Part shown: piece after piece, positions 1-15,157 of the stretch
Numbering within the stretch: the stretch's first letter is position 1
Layout of the letters: each line of letters opens with the position of its first letter
DNA from: Octopus vulgaris
Lineage: Eukaryota
Reading direction: 5' to 3'
Assembly: GCA_951406725.2 (NCBI GenBank)
Contig: OX597836.1
Location: 46,996,001-47,060,000, forward strand
DNA length: 64,000 bases
Notes under the pieces: generated by a model
The model's input: only the letters and a program-made list of their open reading frames with translations
The model's database searches: none
Told to the model about the DNA's origin: nothing
Program-made: the position numbers and the translations under genes

Positions 1-1310
1 AGGACACACACTTTATAGACAGTGAATTTGATAGACCTCGTCTGTTTGCCGTTTAACCAAACTTTTTGAGCTAGTTTGGTGAAGGTCGAAGCTGCTAGTC
101 CGATTCTCCTGTTCAGCTCCTGGTCGAGTGTGCGGTCATCCATAATTGTTGAGCCCACATCGAGTGAGTGGTTGTCGATGGTAATGATGGGGGGATCCGA
201 GACGCCTTGGCCCATTACCTTGGTCTTCTGTTGGTTGATTGTTAAGCTGAAGGCACAGCACACCCGGTTCAGATTGTCCATAATTGTTTGCAATTGCAGT
301 TATGAATGTGCCACTAGAGCCGCGTCGTCGGCAAACAGCATCTCCCGGACGTAAACCCTGCGAATTTTGGTCTTCGCATTAACCCTTGACAGATTGAGTA
401 GTTTACCATCCGACCTTGTGTGGAGGCAAACGCTGTCGTTTTGCGTACCAACTGCATGACAGCGAAGTAGATGGTTAAACAGGGTAGGATCAAGCACGCA
501 TCCCTGTTTTACCTCACATCGAACATCAACGGCTTCTGATGCGTTTCTGTTGAATTATACTGAGGCCTTCATTGCACAAATGGAAAGACTGATGGATGCG
601 GAGCAGTCGAGGACACCCAATCATCCCAAGAACTTAGAACAGCCCATTCCTACTCACCATGTCGAACGCCTTCGCCAAGTCAACGAATGGAGTGTAGGGA
701 AGTTGGTTCTGTTCCCTGCCTTCTCTTGTAACTGTTTAAGGGAGAAAAATCATATCCATCGTGGATCGTCCGGATCTGAAACCACTTTGAGATTCTGGGT
801 AGATCCTTTCTGCAAGTTTCCGAACTCGGTCGAGAGCCACGTGAGCAAATGCCTTCCCGACGACACTGAGCAGTGATATACTTCTACAGTTGTCACAGTG
901 ACTCCTGCATCCTTTGTTTTTATATAACACGGCAATTTTACTGTCTTTCATATCACTGAGTATCTGCCCTTCTTCCTAGCAATGACACAGGATATGGTGG
1001 AGTTGGTGTAGGATGTCTTCTTTCGGACACTTGGTAACATCAGCTGGTGTCCCATCCGGTTGGTAGTGAGTCGAGTTCTTTTTCTAATTCCTCTACGGTT
1101 GCGGGTATGGCCAGTTCGTCCATAACCTACAAGCTTACCAAGCTGTTCAGTGCTGTTTCCGAAATGCAACTATCCTGGGAGTATAACTCGGAGTAATGCC
1201 CCACCCTTTCTCCGTTTGCTTCAGCATTGATTTTCAGTGGCGCTATCTTGCATTGTGCTGGTCCTTTATCCCGTCATATATCCCACGTATGTCCCCTATG
1301 CCAACCGCTA
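1..1310 (-). mobile_element. Decayed RTE-clade LINE fragment (reverse transcriptase region)
   Basis: Minus ORFs 736-951 (YKNKG..DNCRSISLLSVVGKAF..PESQSGFRSGRSTMDMIF) and 300-497 (REMLFADDAALVAHS) carry RT motifs typical of RTE elements; frameshifted. Confidence 0.9.
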
Positions 1311-1326
1311 GTTGGATGAGCGAGCA

Positions 1327-1357
<31 letters not shown>

Positions 1358-1570
1358 GAGGAGGCAAGAGAGAGAGAGAGAGAGAGAGAGAGGAAGAGGA
1401 GGCAAGAGAGAGAGAGAGAGAGAGTTAAATGCTAGATTGGTAAATAAACATACATAACTAGTTACCTAGCAAACCAGCAGACACAGACAGACAGTAATAC
1501 TTTACATGTACCACCTCCTCGCGTTGTTGTTTTTTCTTGTGTTTTTCTCCGTTTTCTGTTATTTTTATTA

Positions 1571-2366
1571 ATATATATATACATATACATATACATATAC
1601 ATACATATATATATATACATATATACATATACACATATATACATATATATATATACATATACATATATACATATATATATACATATACACATATATACAT
1701 ATACACATATATACATATACATATATACATATACATATATACATATACATATATACATATACATATATATACATATACATATATACATATACATATATAT
1801 ACATATACACATATATATACATATACATATATACATATACACATATATATACATATACATATATACATATACACATATATATATATACATATACATATAT
1901 ACATATACACATATATATATATACACATACACATATATACATATACACATATATATATATACACATACACATACACATATATATATATACATATACATAT
2001 ATACACATACACATATATACATATACACATATATATATATACACATACACATATATATATATACACATACACATATATATATATACATATACATATATAT
2101 ACATATATACATATATATATATATACATATATACATATATACATATATACATATATACATATATATATATATACATATATACATATATACATATATACAT
2201 ATATATATATACATATATATATATACATATATATATATACATATATATATACATATATATATATACATATATATATATACATATATATATATACATATAT
2301 ATATATATACATATATATATATACATATATACATATATATATATATACATATATATACATATATAC

Positions 2367-2399
<33 letters not shown>

Positions 2400-2432
2400 C
2401 ATATATATACATATATATACATATATACATAT

Positions 2433-2467
<35 letters not shown>

Positions 2468-2490
2468 CATATATACATATATATATACAC

Positions 2491-2523
<33 letters not shown>

Positions 2524-2592
2524 CATATATATACACATATATATATACATATATACATATATATATACATACATATATACATATATATATAC

Positions 2593-2663
<71 letters not shown>

Positions 2664-3004
2664 TATATACACACATATATATATATACACATATATATAT
2701 ATACACACATACATATATATATACACACATATATATATACACACATATATATATATACACACATATATATATACACATACACATATATATATACACATAT
2801 ATATATACACACATATATATATATACACACATATATATATATACACACATATATATATATATATATATACACATATATATATATACACACATATATATAT
2901 ATACACATATATATATATATACACATATATATATATACACATATATATATATACACATATATATATATATACACATATATATATATACATATATATATAT
3001 ATAC

Positions 3005-3055
<51 letters not shown>

Positions 3056-3172
3056 TATATATACATATATATATATACACATATATATATATATACATAT
3101 ATATATATACACATATATATATATATACACATATATACATATATACACATATATATATATATACACATATAT

Positions 3173-3220
<48 letters not shown>

Positions 3221-3585
3221 TATACATATATATACATATATATATATATACATACATATACATATACATATATATACATATATATACATATACATACATA
3301 CATATATATACATATATATATATATATACATATACATATACATATATATATACATATACATATACAAATATATATATACATATATATATATACAAATATA
3401 TATACATATACATATACAATATATATATATACATATACATATACAATATATATATATACATATACATATACAAATATATATATACATATACATAATATAT
3501 ACATATACATATACATATATATATATATACATATATATATACATATATATACATATACATATACATATACATATATATATATATA
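1571..3585. repeat. ~2-kb compound (TA)n/(ATAC) microsatellite
   Basis: Direct reading; source of the spurious YI/TH ORFs; flanked by (GA)n at 1328-1423 and 3601-3629. Confidence 0.98.
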
Positions 3586-3596
3586 GCTAGATAGAA

Positions 3597-3633
<37 letters not shown>

Positions 3634-4370
3634 TGGAGATAGATGTGTGCGGAAATGTATGTATTTTCATATATTTGGAATGTATGACATTAATAAAATA
3701 AATGTATGTGGGCTGATAGATGTGTTTCGTTGCTTTTTACTCCGAAATTGATTCGTCAACAAGAGTTATGCAAACGAAGAGCAAAGAGCTTATTCAACAT
3801 CGTAAATCATTTATGTAAAGACATTAAAACAGAGCTGAGCGTAATTCAGCTTTTAACAGCAAGATGACTCCACTAGTTCTGGAGACATCAATAACAACGT
3901 AAGATGGCAGATTTAATTGTATGTGATGTTTGTGTGATCAACAGAACGACCAATAGGAACCTACAAAAATTAAAAACAGATCTGTTGCGTTATGGTTCTT
4001 CTTCCCATTTTTTTTGTTTTCTTTTTCTCATCAATAATTAAGCTTTATAACTGTTTTATGTATTTTGTTGGTAGAAATGATAATGTACTACTTTGACGTC
4101 ATTAGGTGTCATAATGTCCAAAATTAGAAACAGCTTTCAAGTGATTTCGAACATAATTATTTATGCATGTACGCGCACGCGCGCGTGCAAACACACACGG
4201 ACACACACACACACACACACGAGGACACACACATACACACATAGTGTCGTCATTATGTCATAATGGAGCTTTATATACAAGTTATGATATTTAGAGTGCC
4301 AAATAGCTAAGTGTAAAAATGAAAATATTAGTTAATGGTTTACACTGCTTTGTGTATGTGTGTGTGTGTT

Positions 4371-4445
<75 letters not shown>

Positions 4446-4488
4446 TATGTATATGTATGTGTGTGTGTATGTGTGGTATGTATATGTA

Positions 4489-4521
<33 letters not shown>

Positions 4522-4552
4522 ATGTAATAAGTGACAACTATTCGTTAGCCAT

Positions 4553-4613
4553 GATAAGACTCCGAGTTTCGGATGTCGGGATGGGAATCCATGCCGCCAT
4601 CTCTTCAGTTATC
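4553..4613 (-). ncRNA. Type I hammerhead ribozyme (GUC site)
   Basis: Reverse complement: gataa-CUGAAGA-gatg..catc c-GAAA-ctcgga-GUC-ttatc; stems I, II and III all pair. Confidence 0.85.
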
Positions 4614-4641
4614 CGGCCATCAGTATTTTTTCCGATGGTCG

Positions 4642-4702
4642 GATAACTGAAGAGATGGCAGCGTGGATTTCCACCCCGACATCCGAAACTCGGAGTTTTA
4701 TC
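4642..4702 (+). ncRNA. Type I hammerhead ribozyme (GUU site)
   Basis: gataa-CTGAAGA-gatg..catc c-GAAA-ctcgga-GTT-ttatc. Confidence 0.8.
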
Positions 4703-4798
4703 ATGGAATAACGAATAATTGTCACATATTACATTTATAGATAAATTCCTCTATTTACATAATATCGAGGTCTCTTTCTTTCTTTTGTTGTCTAGCCA

Positions 4799-4850
<52 letters not shown>

Positions 4851-4871
4851 TGTATGTATATATAGATATAT

Positions 4872-5096
4872 TTCTTTATTAACCACAAGGGGCTAAACAC
4901 AGAGTGGACAAACAAGGGCAGACAAACGGATTAAGTCGATTATATCAACTCCAGTGCGTAACTGGTACTTAATTTATCGACCCCGAAAGGATGAAAGGCA
5001 AAGTCGACCTCGGCGGAATTTGAACTCGGAACGTAGCGACAGACGAAATACGTCTACGCATTTCGCCCGGCGTGCTAACGCTCTTGCCAGCTCGCC
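4872..5096 (-). mobile_element. tRNA-derived SINE with Meta-like central domain (family M); other copies ~21676-21870, 54978-55190, 59778-59955 (all minus)
   Basis: RC head ggcgagctggc..gagttcaaattcc (B-box-like) followed by gactttgcctttcatcctttcggggtcgataaa..agtacc, recurring four times in the window. Confidence 0.8.
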
Positions 5097-5724
5097 AGGC
5101 ACAAGCGTAACACCCTCCATGTTAACTATTCTCTGTTTCCCTCCAAAAATAAACAGAATTTTGTTTATTTCTTTACTTTGTTCTTATTGTATTTTACTAT
5201 TTCTGAAAGTCTATGTTGTCCACATTGCTCAGTTAATTGTCCATATTGCCTCTGCTGAAAAGATATTTTCTTTTCTCGCTAAGCATGTAAATTACGAATG
5301 TTTCAATTTGCTTAAGCTGTCACTTTGTCTGGGCCAGCCCCGTCGGATGAGGTTTATGTTTAAGGACATTTTGGCTGGGATCCTGTCATCTTTTGAGAGT
5401 TATGTATAGTATTCAATTAAGACGCGATATCGATGGAGATTGTGTTGATACACTTAACAGATTTGGCGACTATGCAGACGTCCCACGCTATATTGTAATT
5501 TGTAGTTTACTTAATGTTATGACACACTAACAGATATACTGGTGACATTACGACAAGTTGGCAGAATTACTTGATATGTTATGATTGTATCACATATTTA
5601 TTAGATATGTTAAGATGACAGATTAATTGAAAGATATTAAGACAACATAACAGATCTAATCGATATTTTATGAATGGATAGCAGTTTTCCGGTTCGTATT
5701 TTTATATAACATTGACGACAGTTT

Positions 5725-5790
<66 letters not shown>

Positions 5791-5970
5791 CATACATACA
5801 TACTTATTTTTTTATTCTTTTAGATGTTTCAGCCACTTGATTGCAGCCATGCTGGAGCAACGCCTTAAAGAGTTTTATTGGAAGAACTCGTCAAAGACTA
5901 TATATATTTATTTATTTTTTTTTTTTATTTAGTTTCAGCTCACAAGCTGTGGCCATGCTGGGGCACCGCC

Positions 5971-6025
<55 letters not shown>

Positions 6026-6305
6026 TGTACATCTATTTGTCCCATAATTATACGTTAATTATTAGCGCCCTTGCTGATGAAGAACACGGATAACAAAGTA
6101 TTTTATTTTTCATCCCCTTCGAAATTACTCTTAACCGTTGTTTGGACTTTGACTATTCTATTTATTATGCAAGGTGACCTGTTTGGGGTCATCTCTTTTG
6201 TGTATAAAGGTACACTAATTTTATATGAAAAATATGTTGTCTATTTTATGTATGCTAACCACTGGTAGAACATTTCTCTAACTTTCCTACTCTCTCTCTC
6301 TCTCT

Positions 6306-6351
<46 letters not shown>

Positions 6352-6352
6352 T

Positions 6353-6422
<70 letters not shown>

Positions 6423-6849
6423 GCAACTTTCACAAACATACTATTTACTATTTATTGTTTTTGTATTTTAATGATTTTTATAAGGTTTTTATAGTGTATG
6501 TTTTCAATATGGTGTGAATAGCATCTTTCATTATTAAATTCTTTAATAGAGGTTTTTCTCTAAATTATACACACACACACACACACACGCACACACATAT
6601 ATATATATATGTATACGGTAATAACGATTTCTATCGGTTTGTTTCGAGACGCATAAATTATAATGGTTATTGAAAAGTTTTGTCTTTTTTTCAGCATATT
6701 TGGCATTAGAATTTTTCTTTTGCCCTTATCTTGTAAATTATTTATAAATTTTACCTTTAAAGGTATTTTTGATATGCTGGCCATTGATAAATTTTTTTTC
6801 CCGAAAATAATTTTATCCTACATTAGTTATATATATATATTTATATATA

Positions 6850-7262
6850 TATTTATATATACATAATTACTGCAGAGTAATTTCCGATCTCAGCGCGCCA
6901 AAGTGAAGGCATTTGAAAGATACACATAAATATAACTTGTGGAACTCTATGCAATGCTGGATTTCGGTCGAACGCCCTGTATCTAGTTCTGGAAATTGTG
7001 TTTTGTAAACGACAGACTATGCTGATGATCTTGCAGATGTTTATGTATCCATATACGCAAATTATTAACAAGTGAAACTAATTAGTACATAAGTAATCGT
7101 TTTTTATTTCATATATTTTCATTTGTCTTGCTTATTTTTACGCTTTGGTTTTTTGCTGAATTTTTCCTTAAAAACACATTCTCCGTGGAAAATGGCGATT
7201 TTGACGTCTATATCTAGCATATAGGCTGTCCACTTTTAGTGGTTAGTCCTCGAAACTTTGTG
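6850..7262 (+). mobile_element. PLE-end cassette between (TA)n tracts, related to 31985-32252
   Basis: Carries a hammerhead followed by a tail (ttttcat.tgtcttgc..gctgaattttt..ctagcatat.gg.t.tccac..agtggtt..ag.cct) shared with 32110-32250. Confidence 0.7.
7016..7094 (+). ncRNA. Type I hammerhead ribozyme (GUA site, long stem II)
   Basis: actatg-CTGATGA-t cttg..caag t-GAAA-ctaatta-GTA-cataagt; palindromic stem III actaattagt. Confidence 0.8.
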
Positions 7263-7362
7263 TATATATATATATATATATATATATAGTTTCAATAATC
7301 TATACTTATATATCAACTTACACTCTTGTACTCATATTTTTCGTAAAATATTTGTAAAATAA

Positions 7363-7689
7363 ACAATTGCAGCGTGGAAGGTGTTTGTAAGCCATTTAAG
7401 AAACACACAAAAGCCGTTCGATTCACTTCAACATTTAAGTTTAATTTGTCAAAATATTTTCGTCGCTAAAATCCGCGACCTGTTCACTGACAAAAATCCG
7501 TGCTGCATCTCAAACGAAAATATTTTAGCGACGAAAATATTTTGACAAATTAGACTTAAATGTTGAAGTGAATCGAACGGCTTTTGTGTGTTTCTTAAAT
7601 GGCTTACAAACACCTTCCACGCTGCAATTGTTTTCGTTCCAGCACACGATCTCAGATCAAATCACTTGCTATGCGAGTACATCTCCGTA
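7363..7689. mobile_element. Fold-back PLE-end cassette with 13-bp TSD
   Basis: Inverted arms ~7361-7470 and ~7524-7633; right arm has a 57-nt extra tail; direct repeat atttgtaaaataa at 7350-7362 and 7690-7702. Confidence 0.8.
7445..7494 (-). ncRNA. Hammerhead-like motif with covaried G3:C8 core
   Basis: RC: tttgtca-GUGAACA-g gtcgc(ggatttta)gcgac-GAAA-ata-UUU-tgacaaa; 7-bp stem I, 5-bp stem II, palindromic stem III. Confidence 0.7.
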
Positions 7690-7857
7690 ATTTGTAAAAT
7701 AATCTAAAAATTAGTTTCCATTTCTGTCATTTGAAATAATCAAACTAACATGTTGACTAATTGAAAGAATTAGGCGTAAGAGCTAGGCGTAAGCGAATTC
7801 AGCATGTAGATGGCGCTCGATGGTTTTCAAAAACTGGGCAATTTTCTTAAACACACG

Positions 7858-10900
<3,043 letters not shown>

Positions 10901-11020
10901 ATTGATATAGTCTATATGTGATAATGTATAAAATTATACAACTATGATATTATTGTTTTCAAAATATGGATCCAAACTAAATATCAAATTCTAAGTATTG
11001 GGATTTAATTCCAGTCTCAC

Positions 11021-11071
11021 ATGATAGCTGTTTGCAACTCTTTGTTTAGTAGAATGCAGATGAAGTATACA
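11021..11071 (-). CDS. Possible 51-nt host-gene exon
   Basis: RC: ..aattctcAG | 51 nt, open in two frames | GTgaga; splice signals only. Confidence 0.25.
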
Positions 11072-11129
11072 CTGAGAATTGTAAATTTAGTATTTTTCAA
11101 AATATACTTCAATATAAAATGAGAAATGG

Positions 11130-11527
11130 CATACATACACACATACACATACATACACACACACATACATACACACATACATGCATACATACATGCATAC
11201 ATACATGCATACATACACATACATACATACATACACACATCACACACACACACATACACACATACATACATACATACACACATACATACATTTATGCATA
11301 CATACATACATACATACATACATACATGCATACATACATGCATACATACATGCATACATACATGCATACATACATACATGCATACAAAAATACCCTGTTG
11401 ATGTTGTTGAAAGTTCAAGGAAGGAGCCACGGATCTAGGTTAGAAACCGGATCTTTCACTATTGGTAAGAAATCTTGAAATAGATTTAATAATGACATAC
11501 ATACATAGATACATACATTCGTGCATG

Positions 11528-11559
<32 letters not shown>

Positions 11560-11775
11560 CATACCATACATACATACATACATGCATACATACATACATA
11601 CACATACATACACAAATAAATACATACACACATACACACATACATACATACGTACATACATACATACATACATACATACATACATACATACATACATACA
11701 CACACACATACATACATACATACATACATACATACATGTCTGCATTCACGCATGCATACACACATATACATATAT
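11130..11775. repeat. (CATA)n microsatellites split by a ~110-bp island at 11387-11495
   Basis: Direct reading. Confidence 0.95.
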
Positions 11776-11799
11776 ACAGTTGTGCCCTCCTCTGGAAAC

Positions 11800-12690
11800 T
11801 TAAAAACTGAACAGCTTAAGGATGCAACCTCTACAGACAGGTGAAGAAGAGGAGAAAATTTTAAATATGATGGAACCGTAAATAAAGAGAGGACCAGGAA
11901 TGAATACCTCAGAAGAGTAAAGAGAATATGGTCAGTAGGACTCTCAGCTTACAATAAGCATATTGCCCACAACACCTTTAAAGTACCTGTCCGCACCCTT
12001 ACGTTTGGCTTTCTCGAATAATCCCTACAAGAACTCAATGAGAGAGATGTTTGAACTCGAAGGCCCCTCAGGGTTACAGGGAGCTTCTTGGCTTTCTCGA
12101 ATAATCCCTACAAGAACTCAATGAGAGAGATGTTTGAATTCGAAAGCCCCTCAGGGTTACAGGGAGCTTCTTGGCTTTCTCGAATAATCCCTACAAGAAC
12201 TCAATGAGAGAGATGTTTGAATTCGAAAGCCCCTCAGGGTTACAGGGAGCTTCTTGGCTTTCTCGAATAATCCCTACAAGAACTCAATGAGAGAGATGTT
12301 TGAACTCGAAAGCCCCTCAGGGTTACAGGGAGCTTCTTGGCTTTCTCGAATAATCCCTACAAGAACTCAATGAGAGAGATGTTTGAACTCGAAAGCCCCT
12401 CAGGGTTACAGGGAGCTTCAACATCAAAAGCTATATTTCCCACGCAAGGACGGTGGCCGTGAGTTTAAATCTATATTGATGTCATATGAAGCACATATTG
12501 AGGCACTGAAGCAACCTCTGCAAAGAAATGAGGCCAGTAGCAAGTTTTTGCGACCACAAAAGCAATAACATGATTAAGATAGCTATTGGCGTTGAGGCAA
12601 GCTACGAAATAAGAGCTGCTACAGATCTCTCTCCAAGGAGTATTGGTAAATCCTTTTTATCAAGAGAACACAATAAGACAAACATTGAGA
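11800..12690 (+). mobile_element. Decayed R4/Dong-like non-LTR retrotransposon fragment
   Basis: Translates to EYLRRVKRIWSVGLSAYNKHIAHNTFKVPV..FGFLE..LYFPRKDGGREFKSI, resembling the post-RT region of R4/Dong elements. Confidence 0.75.
12005..12419 (+). repeat. Minisatellite, 5 x 83 bp
   Basis: Units start at 12005, 12088, 12171, 12254 and 12337; near-identical. Confidence 0.97.
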
Positions 12691-13222
12691 AGTCGTGGCG
12701 CAGTGGTAAGAATCTTACTTCACAGCCACATGTTTCGGGTTTCAGTTCGTGGATTTTGGTAAAAGGAAACTGAAAGAAGCCCGTCGTATATACATACACA
12801 CACATACAGGCATATAGACACACACACACACATTCTTTTATTCTTTTACTGGTTTCAGCCAGAAGTTGGGACCAATGATATGTATGTGTGTGTGTGTCTG
12901 TCTTTATGTATGTATGTTTGTGTGTGTGTCGATGTGTATGTTTGTCCCCTGCTACCGCGTGACAACCGGTGTTGGTGTACTTACGTCTCCGTAACTTAGC
13001 AGTTCGGTAAAAGAGCCCAATAGAATAAGTGCCAGGCTTAGAATATAAGTACTTTGAATCTATAAGAATCTGAAGGAGCTTCTTAAGACTTAAAGGATGT
13101 TGAACAAAGCAAGATGCTTTCTTTCACAACCTTGCTACCAAGAAGGTGGCCGGTCAAAATAAAATCATGCATCCACCCTCACCCACCCCAACTATACACA
13201 CACACACACACACACACACATG

Positions 13223-13437
13223 GAGGTAATACTGAAGAGTTTCTGGCTTTAAGGTTACTACGAAAGGCCTGATTGGAGGCCCAACCTTGCGAGTTCTTTT
13301 ACAGATCTTAGAAAAACTTAAGGACCCTTGCAATGAGTGTGTGACTCTGAAGTTGGAATATGCTGGATAAAATTTTAATCAACTGATCCTCCTGCATTTT
13401 CTTTTACCCGAAGCCAGGAAATTTTCAACACCCCCTC

Positions 13438-13438
<1 letters not shown>
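13223..13438. mobile_element. Mariner-like MITE (diverged)
   Basis: Imperfect TIRs: gaggtaatactgaagagtttctggctt vs RC gagggggtgttgaaaatttcctggctt. Confidence 0.55.
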
Positions 13439-13468
<30 letters not shown>

Positions 13469-13724
13469 TGTATGTATGTATGTATGTATGTATGTATGCA
13501 TGCTTCTGTCTGTGTGTACTTTTAAGTTCTGTTTCTTTATGTGCCGTAAACAAGTGGTTCGATAAATATACACAGATTTGGGCAAAAATCACCCGACAGT
13601 AAATCCAAATTCCATAAATACTTAACATTCGATTTTATTTATTCATTCCAATTATGTACGCTTAGTAATTGGATGCTGTGAGTTAAAATCACCGTTTTGT
13701 TGACTATTAGTTTATATGGAGATT

Positions 13725-13932
13725 CTCTCTTTTACTCTTTTACTTGTTTCAGTCATTTGACTGCGGCCATGCTGGAACACCACCTTTAGTCGAGCAAATC
13801 GACCCCGAGACTTATTCTTTGTAAGCCCAGTACTTATTCTATCGGTCTCTTTTGCCGAACCGCTAAGTGACGGGGACGTAAATACACCAGCATCAGTTGT
13901 CAAGCAATGCTAGGGGGACAAACGCAGACACA

Positions 13933-13980
<48 letters not shown>

Positions 13981-14153
13981 CATATTTACGACGGGCTTCT
14001 TTCAGTTTCCGTCTACCAAATCCACTCACAAGGCTTCGGTCAGCCCGAGGCTATATTAGAAGACACTTGCCCAAGGTGCCACGCAGTGGGACTGAACTCG
14101 GAATTATGTGGTTGGTAAGCAAGCTACTTACCACACAGCCACTCCTGCGCCTA
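13725..14153 (-). mobile_element. tRNA-derived SINE with an internal TA/TG microsatellite (family B); other copies ~12690-13050(+), 17250-17635(+), 18955-19375(-), 24915-25260(-), 45261-45728(+), 46530-46915(-), 50704-51100(+), 57696-58068(+) plus fragments
   Basis: Head ggcgcaggagtggctgtgtggtaag..gggttcagtccc (A/B-box-like), conserved body, tail aaatgactgaaacaagtaaaagag. Confidence 0.9.
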
Positions 14154-14500
14154 TGTCTCATGTAAAGTAATTTTGTTTTTTAATCTTGGATTTAAATGGT
14201 TTTGACTTACTGTGAGGTGACTTTTGGCCAGACCTGTATATCGACAAAACAAGTACTGCGAAAGATAAACTTCATGGCGGTGCTCCAGCATGGTCACGCG
14301 TAAAAGAATCGTATACAAATGAGAGGAGAGTATATTTTTTTACCTTTCGGATTAAATATCGTTATAATCGTTTGTTCAAAGATGGATTTAAGAACGAAGT
14401 GTCTAATGTCCACATACACATGCATACAAACACCCACGTATGCAGACACCCACCCACACACATACACACTCACACACACGCAAACACATACACAAACATG

Positions 14501-14542
<42 letters not shown>

Positions 14543-15114
14543 CATATACACACACATACCTACATACAAAACACGCGCACACCCACGCAAGTACGTGAGC
14601 AGGTGAACAGTTTTGTGATTAGAGAGCATTTAACGTTTGTTCATCCATCTACACACACACACACACACGTTCACACGTATTTAAACACACACGCGCGCGC
14701 GCGTCAACACTTATTTACACTCACACATACATCAGGAAACAAATGAACAAACACAACTACGAATTAACTGAAACGGTCAGACGCCATTCCTCATTCTCCC
14801 CACATACACTTACACCCACACAAGGAAAGATAAATGGTCCTAATACATTATTGATAAAATTACGCTCATGTTTACATCCACATAAAAGAGACATATACAC
14901 AAATACACACCCACCCGTTTGCTCGCACCTTCACACTTGTTAACAAGACTCAGAAGTGTACAACAGGGTACATCGTAATTACTGTTGCTCAGATATTTCC
15001 TACGTCATGTAGTACAGAGAAACTCTTTACAACTATTCGCTATTTTCCCTTTCATTCCCTCTTCTTTTCTGTAAGATATATATATATATATATATATATA
15101 TGTATCGGTGTGTG

Positions 15115-15156
<42 letters not shown>

Positions 15157-15157
<1 letters not shown>

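Larger units (their letters stand above)
4520..4802. mobile_element. Fold-back PLE-end (pLTR-like) cassette in (TA)n with two hammerheads
   Basis: Inverted arms ~4520-4621 and ~4633-4736; right arm has a ~65-nt extra tail; (TA)n on both sides. Confidence 0.8.

Noticed and set aside
3860-3898. 39-nt plus-strand AG..GTAAGA micro-exon candidate (QDDSTSSGDINNN)
   Set aside because: Weak polypyrimidine tract and no supporting neighbouring plus-strand exons; expected by chance.
6020-6290. TA-flanked segment with CTGATGA..GAAA (6074-6124)
   Set aside because: Stem I does not pair; it may be a decayed PLE end but cannot be called a hammerhead.
12005-12419. CRISPR-like array
   Set aside because: Head-to-tail 83-bp units without unique spacers, eukaryotic context, no cas genes.
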